Below are positions 55,989-64,000 of a DNA stretch of 64,000 nt, piece after piece. Source of the stretch: Patescibacteria group bacterium (GTDB lineage Bacteria > Patescibacteriota > UBA1384 > 2-12-FULL-50-11); the NCBI GenBank assembly GCA_038058635.1, contig JBBUAP010000001.1, positions 197,190-261,189 on the forward strand, in the 5' to 3' direction. The notes under the pieces are model-generated. The model worked only from the letters and a program-made list of their open reading frames with translations. It was not told where the DNA came from and searched no databases. How positions within the stretch are numbered: position 1 is the stretch's first letter; every line of letters starts with the position of its first letter. The position numbers and the translations under genes were made by a program.

Positions 55989-57050
55989 ATGCGCGTAATT
56001 ACTTGGAATGTGAGAAGGGCAACGGAAACAAGTGCTGTCTGGAAAATTTTAACTGATATGAATCCAGATATTGCATTGCTCCAGGAGGTAACGAGCATCC
56101 CAGAAGTTATCAAGGAATCATTTAAAGACGGTATCAAATTTCACAAAGCCATCGGTAAAACTGGAAAACCTCAACAGTTTGGTACTGCAGTTCTGGTGAA
56201 GGGGAAAATCATTGACGAGCTACCCCTATCTTCCGAATATGATTGGGTAAATCACGAGCTTGAGTACTTCGCTGGGAACCTCGTAGCTTGTGTTGTCCAG
56301 CCTACCGGATATCCAAAACTCAATGTCGTTTCTATTCATAGCCCTGCTTGGCCAATAGACACTTCTAAACATCAGAATATTGATATTGAAACAATAAAGC
56401 TGAAACAAAATCCGAAGCTATGGGTTACTGAAATTCTTTGGTCTGCTCTGAAGAATGCGAATTTAGTAGATGTTCCATGGATTGCGGGTGGCGACCTAAA
56501 CAGTTCAGAAACTTTTGACTCAACTTTTGGTGGAGGAAACAGGGAATTTCTCGATAGGATGGGAGCATTAGGTTTTACTGAATGTCTTAGAAAACACCAC
56601 GGTAAGTTGGTCCCGACATTTAAAAATCCGAGGGATAAAAGAATAACTCATCAAATAGACCACCTCTTTGTGACTAGTCCACTCAACTCAACACTAGAAG
56701 CATGTAGCATAGGAGACGAATCGGCTATTTTCGGGGGATCGGTCAGCGACCATTTACCAATAATCGCGGACTTTAAGTACTCACAAGACATACCACCCTC
56801 TATAGAAAATTTCATCGCTAAGAATAACTGGGTCTTTGCCAAAACCATGGCCGAGATACCTCACTATTATATTGTGAGAGATAATTTATCGGAAAATGAT
56901 AAGAAACTATTTGATGAATTTGATGTGTTTATAAAAAACAATGGCTACACAAAAGAATTCTACTCCAAGCAATACACCTATTTTGATGTAGGGAAATTCA
57001 GATATTGGGTAATAGAGAACATTCTAAACAGAGCCGAGTTAGAAATTTAA
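55989..57050 (+). CDS. endonuclease/exonuclease/phosphatase (EEP) family nuclease with ~85-aa C-terminal extension
   Basis: VITWNVR start, GGDLNS, SDHLPI: the EEP catalytic motifs. AT-rich codon usage. First gene of the island. Confidence 0.7.
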   Translation: MRVITWNVRRATETSAVWKILTDMNPDIALLQEVTSIPEVIKESFKDGIKFHKAIGKTGKPQQFGTAVLVKGKIIDELPLSSEYDWVNHELEYFAGNLVACVVQPTGYPKLNVVSIHSPAWPIDTSKHQNIDIETIKLKQNPKLWVTEILWSALKNANLVDVPWIAGGDLNSSETFDSTFGGGNREFLDRMGALGFTECLRKHHGKLVPTFKNPRDKRITHQIDHLFVTSPLNSTLEACSIGDESAIFGGSVSDHLPIIADFKYSQDIPPSIENFIAKNNWVFAKTMAEIPHYYIVRDNLSENDKKLFDEFDVFIKNNGYTKEFYSKQYTYFDVGKFRYWVIENILNRAELEI

Positions 57051-57133
57051 AGGCGCGCAAGTAACGACTACTGATAGGACCGACGATTTTTCTATGAATT
57101 GAACCTGTTTTACGATACAATCTAGTCAAGACA

Positions 57134-58831
57134 ATGCCAAAAACAGATATTTCGGTCAGAGAATTAGTAGACAAAGTTCAACATAACGATCTAATCCTTC
57201 CGGAAATGCAGCGTCGTTACGTCTGGACCGGTACTCGTGTCAGAGATTTGCTCGACTCGCTATATCGATGTTACCCGTCGGGTACGATCTTAGTTTGGGA
57301 AACAGACGATAGTATCAAGACTAGAAGTCTGGCTGTTGGCATCAGCGGGAACCCGACCACATCTCAGAAGCTGCTACTTCTAGATGGTCAGCAACGCCTA
57401 ACTTCTCTTACCGCTGTTCTTAACGGTCAACCAATTATTATCCGGAATCGTAAAAGACCTATCGATATCTTGTTCAACCTAGAGCACCCGGAGGGTCCGC
57501 CAGTCGAAATAGACGAAGTGTACGAAAACGGTAATTCGGAGGCACCCCAAGAAGATTCGCAGGAAGTACAAAGAGATCTCCAGGAAGAATTGAAAAAACG
57601 TACATTTGTTGTCTCTTCACCTGTATTAAGAAATGATCCCCACTGGGTTAATGTGTCCGATATATTCACTAAGACTGACAGGGAGATTCTAAAACCAATT
57701 GGAATTAATTCCGATGATGAAATTTGGGAGAAGTATTCAGACCGACTGAAGAAGGTCCGAGATATTAAGGACTACCAGTATGTGATGCAGGTACTTCAGA
57801 AGAATATGTCGTATGAAGAAGTTACTGAAATCTTTGTTCGGGTTAACTCGCTCGGTGCGAAATTGCGTAGCTCTGATCTTGCCCTAGCCCAGATAACCTC
57901 AAAGTGGCGTGGATTTATGGACCTGCTTGAAAAGTTTGCTGACGAATTTGGCGATGATTCAGAATATGTCGCCGAATGGGTAGCAATCAGAATGTTAACT
58001 GTATGCGCAACCAAGCAATGTAAGTTCAAATCTATTAACCGAGTTAGTAAGGAAAATCTGGAAGTGGCTTGGACACAAGCCAAGGCCGGAATGCATTTTG
58101 CCATCAACTTTTTGCGAAACAATGCTGGCATAGAATGCCTAAACCATATATCCGCATCGATGCTGATAATTCCAATAGCAGTATATGCATCGCTTAAAAA
58201 CGAAAAGCTAAGTCCACTTGAGGAAAAACAATTACTGAAATGGTTTTATTATGCCCATATGCGCGGCCACTACGGCATGGGATCATCGGAAAGCATTTTG
58301 AATGCAGACTTAGCGGTACTTTATAAAACCAAAAGTGTCGAGGAGCTGCTTAAGAGCTTATTTGCTCATGTAAAACAATTTGAAGTCACACCTCAAGAAA
58401 TTGCAAAAAAAGGTACTAATAGCCCGTTCTTCACCATGCTTTACTATATTTTGAAGCATGGGGGTGCCAAGGATTGGTTTACTGGAATAAAAATCTCTGA
58501 GAAATCCACTGGCTCATCTCACACCATCCAATACCACCATATTTTCCCTAAGTCACTCTTGCAGAGACTGAATGTCGATTCCCAAGAGATAAACGAGATA
58601 TCCAACCTCGCTTTCATAAGCGGAAGTACTAACAGAGAGATAACGAACAAAGAGCCCAAGGTCTATCTCCAAAAACAAGTAATCGAAAGAAATGGTGAAG
58701 AAACACTAGTGTCCCAACTAATTCCGCTAGATAAAGATATGTGGGAACTCAGTAATTATAATCAGTTCCTAGATTACCGACGCGAAGCCATCACGAAGGC
58801 AATAAATAAATTTATGAAAACTTTCGAATAA
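57134..58831 (+). CDS. GmrSD-like type IV restriction protein (DUF262 ParB-like NTPase/nuclease + DUF1524 HNH-like)
   Basis: DGQQRLTSL (the DGQQR motif) in the N-terminus. C-terminal IQYHHIFPKS (DUF1524 His-Me finger). Confidence 0.75.
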   Translation: MPKTDISVRELVDKVQHNDLILPEMQRRYVWTGTRVRDLLDSLYRCYPSGTILVWETDDSIKTRSLAVGISGNPTTSQKLLLLDGQQRLTSLTAVLNGQPIIIRNRKRPIDILFNLEHPEGPPVEIDEVYENGNSEAPQEDSQEVQRDLQEELKKRTFVVSSPVLRNDPHWVNVSDIFTKTDREILKPIGINSDDEIWEKYSDRLKKVRDIKDYQYVMQVLQKNMSYEEVTEIFVRVNSLGAKLRSSDLALAQITSKWRGFMDLLEKFADEFGDDSEYVAEWVAIRMLTVCATKQCKFKSINRVSKENLEVAWTQAKAGMHFAINFLRNNAGIECLNHISASMLIIPIAVYASLKNEKLSPLEEKQLLKWFYYAHMRGHYGMGSSESILNADLAVLYKTKSVEELLKSLFAHVKQFEVTPQEIAKKGTNSPFFTMLYYILKHGGAKDWFTGIKISEKSTGSSHTIQYHHIFPKSLLQRLNVDSQEINEISNLAFISGSTNREITNKEPKVYLQKQVIERNGEETLVSQLIPLDKDMWELSNYNQFLDYRREAITKAINKFMKTFE

Positions 58832-58920
58832 GCACGATGGGGAATAACAATTTGCTGGGACCCAGCGACCGTAAAAACTTTCCTGTAACTCAAGTCCTGT
58901 TGGTAGTAAAATCGGACTAG

Positions 58921-59103
58921 ATGGACGTGGGCAAGTACGAAGCATTCAGGGAGGGTTTCTCGAAAATGACAAATGAGGAACTGGTAGAAGCTCTCCGAGA
59001 TGATAACAGAAAGGCCGGCTGGACAAGTTCTAGGGATATGTTTCTAGGGGCGCTTAAAGAAGAATTCAAGCAAAGGGGTCTACATTATCCTCCGAATCAA
59101 TGA
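58921..59103 (+). CDS. hypothetical small protein flanked by direct repeats
   Basis: 60-aa ORF. Flanked by degenerate direct repeats AATTTGCTGG(G/C)ACC(C/T)AGC at ~58847 and ~59119. Confidence 0.3.
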   Translation: MDVGKYEAFREGFSKMTNEELVEALRDDNRKAGWTSSRDMFLGALKEEFKQRGLHYPPNQ

Positions 59104-59243
59104 ACAGTAACAATGACTGAATTTGCTGGCACCTAGCCCGCTGTTTGCTACCCGAACATTTCCCGTAAAATATGCTCTTGACAGTGTAATAGACTGCAGT
59201 GGTAGGGTGAGGATGCAGTTTACTGCCTAGAAAGGAGAAGAGA

Positions 59244-59393
59244 TGGCAAAAAACGAAAAAACTGGTAAAAAGCCCGGGACGATTGCTTCGGAACTGCTTA
59301 GATCTAAGGCAATCCCAAAGAGAATCAAGACTGTAGCAGCAAGTGACCTAACCCAGCGACCAGACAAGCGTAAAATGATACGCAAAAAGTAAC
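59244..59393 (+). CDS. hypothetical small basic protein (49 aa)
   Basis: AAAGGAGAAGAG RBS then ATG. MAKNEKTGKKPG...KRKMIRKK is Lys/Arg-rich. Not in the supplied ORF track because it is under 60 aa. Confidence 0.35.
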
Positions 59394-59492
59394 TTCTCGA
59401 GGGTAGAGCCAGCGGGCGTAAGACCCACTCATGACTCAATTCGTGGAAGGTAGGGCGTTACCAACGGCGACCATTAGACAGAAGTTCGCAAG

Positions 59493-59515
59493 AACCCGCT
59501 TTATGCGGGTTTTTG
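59493..59515 (+). terminator. intrinsic terminator
   Basis: AACCCGC-tttat-GCGGGTT followed by TTTTT. Confidence 0.7.
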
Positions 59516-59557
59516 CTATGAATCCAACCTGTTTAGCAGTACAATTTGGGCAGATTA

Positions 59558-60226
59558 ATGAAAATAAAGGATTTGCCAAAAGTTGAACGCCCAAGAGAGA
59601 AGCTTATCACCAAAGGCGCAGAGAATCTTAAGGACTCGGAGCTATTGGCTATTCTTTTGCGTACGGGTAAGGCCGGCAAAAATGTGGTTGAAATTGCTTC
59701 GCAGATTTTAACCAAGTATTCCAAAAAGCGACTTTTACAAATGACCTATCAGGACTTCTTGAATGTAAGCGGAATTGATTCGGCAAAGGCCACAACGCTT
59801 CTCGCCGCCTTCGAGCTCTCAAAACGGGCGCTGGAAGTTGACGATACAAATTTGCCAATAGTTGCCACTCCCAAAGATGTTGTCGCCCACCTGACAGATT
59901 TGTGCGACAAGCAAAAGGAGCATTTCGTGGCGTTGTATCTTAATGCCCGTAATCAAATAATCCATAAAGAAACAATTTCGGTTGGCACGCTAACTGCTTC
60001 CCTAGTGCATCCGCGCGAAGTTTTCGAACCAGCGATACGACATTTCGCCTCATCGATAGTTGTCGCCCACAACCACCCTTCCGGCGATCCCGCACCATCA
60101 GAGGAAGATATTAAGCTGACGAAAAATCTAGTCCAAGCCGGTAAAATACTGGACATAGATTTGTTTGATCATATTATTGTGACCAAGAACGTATTTTTTA
60201 GCTTTAAAGAAAAAGAACTAATTTAA
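59558..60226 (+). CDS. radC: RadC-like JAB/MPN domain protein
   Basis: LPKVERPREKL N-terminus, HhH, and the HNHPSGDPAPSEED JAMM motif. Confidence 0.85.
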   Translation: MKIKDLPKVERPREKLITKGAENLKDSELLAILLRTGKAGKNVVEIASQILTKYSKKRLLQMTYQDFLNVSGIDSAKATTLLAAFELSKRALEVDDTNLPIVATPKDVVAHLTDLCDKQKEHFVALYLNARNQIIHKETISVGTLTASLVHPREVFEPAIRHFASSIVVAHNHPSGDPAPSEEDIKLTKNLVQAGKILDIDLFDHIIVTKNVFFSFKEKELI

Positions 60227-60236
60227 TTAAATAACT

Positions 60237-61826
60237 ATGAAAACTAATCGAAAACAATTACACGAGAGACTCTGGTCAGCGGCGGTACAACTCCGAGCAA
60301 ATTCTGGGTTGAAGCTCAACGAAATATCCGAGCCAATATTGGGTCTGATTTTTCTTAAGTTTGCCGATGTTCGTTTTAAGAAAGTTCAGACGGGAATCGT
60401 GTCAGAGAGAAAGGCCGAGTATTCTACTTCCACCCGCGTGCGCCCCGTCAGCCCGGATGACTATAAGTCAAAAGGCGTGTTGTATCTGCCTAAAATCGCT
60501 TCGTACTCATATTTAATGAACCTGGCGGAAAGTAGCAATATTGGCAAAGCCATCAACGAGGCAATGCAAGCGATTGAAGAGGCCAATACCGACCTAGCTG
60601 GTGTTTTGCCACAGGACTACACCTCTTTGCACAAAAAGGCCGATGAAAACAGTCAAATTTTGATAACGCTTCTCAAAAATTTCAACCAAATTCCCGACGA
60701 TATTGAGGGCGACGCCTTCGGTGGAATCTATGAATACTTTCTGGGTGAGTTTGCCCGTGCCGAAGGAGCCAAAGGTGGCGAGTTCTTTACACCGCAATCA
60801 ATCGTCAAACTATTAGTAGAGATTATTGAGCCGTATCACGGGAAGATACTTGATCCGGCCTGTGGAAGTGGCGGAATGTTTGTGCAATCGGCTAATTTTG
60901 TTAAATCTCACACTAACGGCAAGTCGCAAGTAATGAACGAAGTAGCGCTTTACGGTCAAGAGAAAGGTAGCAGTAATATTCGAACCGCCAAAATGAATCT
61001 GGCGATTCATGGCTTGTCTGGAAAAATTGCCGAGGTTAACTCTTTTTACGAAGACGCCTTTCAAAGCGTGGGTAAGTTTGATTTTGTGCTGGCCAACCCA
61101 CCGTTTAATGTCAAAGGTAAAGATAAAAACGGCCAGATCGTCATTGATCCAGCTCGTCTTCAGGGCGATCCGCGCTATTATCTCGGTTTGCCACTCACAG
61201 GCAAAAAAGAAATCAGCAATGCCAATTATCTCTGGATGCAAATGTTTGCCAGTGCCTTAAATCCGCAAGGGCGAGCGGGGTTTGTGATGTCCAATGCTTC
61301 TGGGGACGCTGGCAATGCGGAAAAAGAAATCCGCAAAAAAATGATTGATGCCGGAATGGTGGATGTGATTGTGTCGGTTGGAAACAATATGTTTATGAAT
61401 GCGACGCTCTCCTGCACGCTTTGGTTTTTCGACAAACGCAAAGCAAATTCAGACAGGAAGAACAATATTCTCTTCATCAACGCTCAAGATATTTTCACGC
61501 CAGTTCCGGATGAGCGTGTCGATAGATATTGGACCGATGAGCAAATTCAAGAGATTTCCTCTATTGTTCGACGGTATCGCGCCGAAGAAGGCGAAGTTAA
61601 CTACCAAGACAGTAAGGGACAATGCAAAGTGGCGACGCTTGATGAAGTCCGCACCAATGACTACTCGCTCAATCCGGGGCGGTATGTCGAGATCGTAGAA
61701 AAAGAAATGAGCGATGTGGACTTTGACGCTAGTATGAAAGAATTGATGGGCGAATTTACCGGTCTCACCACGCAAGCGCACAAGCTAGAAAATAAAATCC
61801 AGGAGGATTGGAAAAAGATTTTATAA
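60237..61826 (+). CDS. hsdM: type I restriction-modification system DNA methyltransferase subunit M
   Basis: HsdM N-terminal domain, the AdoMet motif DPACGSGGM, and the NPPF motif LANPPFN. Confidence 0.9.
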   Translation: MKTNRKQLHERLWSAAVQLRANSGLKLNEISEPILGLIFLKFADVRFKKVQTGIVSERKAEYSTSTRVRPVSPDDYKSKGVLYLPKIASYSYLMNLAESSNIGKAINEAMQAIEEANTDLAGVLPQDYTSLHKKADENSQILITLLKNFNQIPDDIEGDAFGGIYEYFLGEFARAEGAKGGEFFTPQSIVKLLVEIIEPYHGKILDPACGSGGMFVQSANFVKSHTNGKSQVMNEVALYGQEKGSSNIRTAKMNLAIHGLSGKIAEVNSFYEDAFQSVGKFDFVLANPPFNVKGKDKNGQIVIDPARLQGDPRYYLGLPLTGKKEISNANYLWMQMFASALNPQGRAGFVMSNASGDAGNAEKEIRKKMIDAGMVDVIVSVGNNMFMNATLSCTLWFFDKRKANSDRKNNILFINAQDIFTPVPDERVDRYWTDEQIQEISSIVRRYRAEEGEVNYQDSKGQCKVATLDEVRTNDYSLNPGRYVEIVEKEMSDVDFDASMKELMGEFTGLTTQAHKLENKIQEDWKKIL

Positions 61827-61829
61827 GTA

Positions 61830-61874
61830 GTTTACATTAGACTTGCTAATGTAAACGAAAACATGTAATATGTT
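61830..61874. promoter_or_regulatory. tandem palindromes upstream of fic: GTTTACATTAG-acttg-CTAATGTAAAC and AAACAT-gtaat-ATGTTT
   Basis: Perfect 11-bp and 6-bp inverted repeats read directly. A TAATAT -10-like hexamer sits 12 nt before the fic ATG. Confidence 0.5.
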
Positions 61875-61883
61875 TATATCTAA

Positions 61884-63062
61884 ATGAGCAATGTAAACAA
61901 AGCAAAAATAGGCCGATATACAACTCAGAAAGAGGGTTTTAAAGCCTTTACGCCTTTTCCATTCCCCCCAAAGGACAGTTTTGAGATAAGCCCACATCTG
62001 CATAAAAAACACGAAGAAGCCATCAGATTGGTCGGCAAGCTCGATGGCATTACGCATCTTTTGCCAGACAAAGATTTCTTTCTTTTGATGTTTATTAAAA
62101 AGGATGCGGCATATTCAAGCCAAATCGAAGGTACAAAAGCCACTTTGCAAGATGCAGTCGCGGCTCCTGTAACCGAAGAAAAATCTCGTATGCATCCGGA
62201 TGTAGATGACATCACCCATTATGTTAATGCAGTCAATTACGGGATTGAGAGAACAAAAACATTGCCCATTTCTCTGCGACTGATAAAAGAAATACACGCT
62301 CGCCTTATGACAGGCGCACGGTCAACCCAGCATGCCTATCCGGGAGAATTTCGGCGTAGCCAAAATTGGATTGGCGGGAAATCGCCGATGGATGCATCTT
62401 TCGTACCTCCAGCACCGAATGATATGCAGAATTCTTTGGACGATTTGGAAAAATTTATTCACGCAAAAGACGACCCACCTTCTTTGATAAAAGCAGGTTT
62501 ACTTCACGCGCAATTTGAGACGATCCATCCATTTACAGACGGTAATGGTAGAACAGGGCGAATGCTTATTGCCATGTATATGCATAGTGCCGAGCTTTTG
62601 GAGTTGCCGATTCTGTATCTTTCAAGCTATTTCAAAAAGCACCAGAAACTGTATTACCAAAAACTACAGGAATACCATGACGAAGACGCAAACATCAACG
62701 GATGGTTGGAATTTTTCCTTGAAGGCGTGGCGGAAATAGCCGACTCTTCTGTTGAAACATGCGCAAAAATTACCGCCCTACGAGACAAAGATTTTGCCAA
62801 AATGCAAAAACTCGGCAAAAAATCCGCGGAGTCCACGCTGGAAATAGTCCGCAAATTATATGGCCAGCCAATCGTTGGCGTGGCGGAAATTATGAAGTGG
62901 ACGGGTTTTACCGCGCCCGGCGCATACAAAATTATTGAACGCCTCAAGAATCTGGGAATTCTTGATGCTCTTGGTGATGCTCAATATGGCCAAAAATACA
63001 TCTATGCTGATTATTATGAAATTTTCGACGACTCTTTCAGAGATGCAAGGGCGAAAAAATAA
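61884..63062 (+). CDS. fic: Fic/DOC family protein
   Basis: HPFTDGNGRTGR matches the canonical Fic motif HxFx(D/E)GNGRxxR. Confidence 0.9.
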   Translation: MSNVNKAKIGRYTTQKEGFKAFTPFPFPPKDSFEISPHLHKKHEEAIRLVGKLDGITHLLPDKDFFLLMFIKKDAAYSSQIEGTKATLQDAVAAPVTEEKSRMHPDVDDITHYVNAVNYGIERTKTLPISLRLIKEIHARLMTGARSTQHAYPGEFRRSQNWIGGKSPMDASFVPPAPNDMQNSLDDLEKFIHAKDDPPSLIKAGLLHAQFETIHPFTDGNGRTGRMLIAMYMHSAELLELPILYLSSYFKKHQKLYYQKLQEYHDEDANINGWLEFFLEGVAEIADSSVETCAKITALRDKDFAKMQKLGKKSAESTLEIVRKLYGQPIVGVAEIMKWTGFTAPGAYKIIERLKNLGILDALGDAQYGQKYIYADYYEIFDDSFRDARAKK

Positions 63063-63064
63063 CA

Positions 63065-64000
63065 ATGGCAACTTTTCAGAAAGTAAGAATTAAAGATATT
63101 TGTAAAATTAACCCCGATTCAATAGGGCGTAATTTTAACCATAAGATGATAGAATACGTGGATATTTCAAGCGTGGGTATTGGTAACTTAGCCGAAACTC
63201 AAGAGGTAGATATTCAAAATTCACCCAGTCGAGCTAAACGGTTAGTAAAATCAGGAGATATAATTATTTCAACCGTCAGACCAAACAGAAGATCGTTTTT
63301 CTACTTCAAAAATCCAAAAGAAAATACTGTTGTTTCTACGGGATTTGCTGTTTTGAGGGCGTTGGAAAACAACAACCCAAGATATTTATACTACTCTGTC
63401 ACAGATCAATCATTTACGGCTTATTTAACCAAAAATGCTAAGGGTTCTGCTTATCCTGCGGTGGATGCGGATATAATTTATGATGGTGAGGTTTTTGTTC
63501 CTGAAAATATTGAAACTCAAACCTGCATTGCCTCTGTCCTTTCTGCCTACGACGACCTGATTGAAAACAACGAAAAGCGCATCAAGCGCTTGGAAGAAAT
63601 GGCACAACTTCTATATACCGAATGGTTTGCTTTGCCGTCCGTAGCTCATAGCGATAGCGAAGATGTAAAGGAGGGTGAACTACCAGAAGGATGGGAGGTG
63701 AAGAAATTGGGAGATTTAATAAAAATAAAAAGGGGAAAGAATATAACCCTTGAAACAGCTAGACCCGGTAATATTCCTGTCGTTGCCGGAGGTTTAGAGC
63801 CAGCTTATTTTCACGATACGCCAAATGCCAGTGGTCCTGTGGTTACAGTAAGTGCGTCGGGTGCAAATGCGGGATTCATGCGATTATACTTTGAAAAAAT
63901 TTGGGCCTCAGATTGCTCCTTCATCGATTCAAGTGTTACGCCGCACGTTTACTTTTACTACTTATTTTTGAAAAGCAAAAAGGATACCGTTTCTCGTTTG
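63065..64000 (+). CDS. hsdS: type I restriction-modification specificity subunit S (partial, runs off the window)
   Basis: Target-recognition-domain layout. Conserved central helix region NEKRIKRLEEMAQLLYTEWF. No stop codon before the window end. Confidence 0.8.
   Translation, partial: MATFQKVRIKDICKINPDSIGRNFNHKMIEYVDISSVGIGNLAETQEVDIQNSPSRAKRLVKSGDIIISTVRPNRRSFFYFKNPKENTVVSTGFAVLRALENNNPRYLYYSVTDQSFTAYLTKNAKGSAYPAVDADIIYDGEVFVPENIETQTCIASVLSAYDDLIENNEKRIKRLEEMAQLLYTEWFALPSVAHSDSEDVKEGELPEGWEVKKLGDLIKIKRGKNITLETARPGNIPVVAGGLEPAYFHDTPNASGPVVTVSASGANAGFMRLYFEKIWASDCSFIDSSVTPHVYFYYLFLKSKKDTVSRL

Overview
This 64 kb window reads as a compact, gene-dense bacterial chromosome segment. Hallmarks seen (see below) suggest a Patescibacteria/CPR-type genome; this is an inference. 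The hallmarks include split comEC, lamin-tail and cohesin/dockerin-like surface proteins, GH57/glycogen genes, many small membrane proteins, and an intron in a tRNA.

Housekeeping genes recognised from their translations: beta-CASP RNase, L,D-transpeptidase, ddl, ftsH, lepB, murJ, lepA, rny, HU-like, S1 protein, nrnA-like DHH, recG, comEA, ruvC, yebC, split comEC, and grpE-dnaK.

I hand-folded eleven tRNA genes: Ile-UAU, two CAU tRNAs, Gly, two Pro, Arg, Val, two Leu and Phe. One CAU tRNA (9569-9893, minus strand) is interrupted by a 252-nt group I intron with clear Azoarcus/Anabaena-type conserved cores. Two truncated copies of tRNA 5' ends sit just upstream of tRNA-Phe and tRNA-Arg.

A glycogen/alpha-glucan cluster at 41.0-49.5 kb encodes a GH94-like phosphorylase, a GalT-like HIT transferase, two GlgA paralogs, GH57 and an APH-fold sugar-kinase-like protein.

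An AT-rich accessory island runs from ~55.9 kb to the window end, downstream of dnaK. It encodes an EEP-family nuclease, a GmrSD-like (DUF262+DUF1524) type IV restriction protein, RadC, and a type I RM locus (hsdM, hsdS) with a Fic gene inserted between M and S. Two island genes share a ~31-bp upstream motif.

Other notable items: a DUF5678 plus retropepsin-like aspartic protease gene pair; two divergent paralogs of an HTH + single-LAGLIDADG-like protein placed next to tRNA genes; a GC-rich islet with an XRE regulator between tRNA-Phe and tRNA-Leu; an unusual palindromic operator in the dnaK promoter; and a family of AGTCT/GACTT-containing palindromic intergenic repeats.

I found no CRISPR array, no transposase and no integrase.
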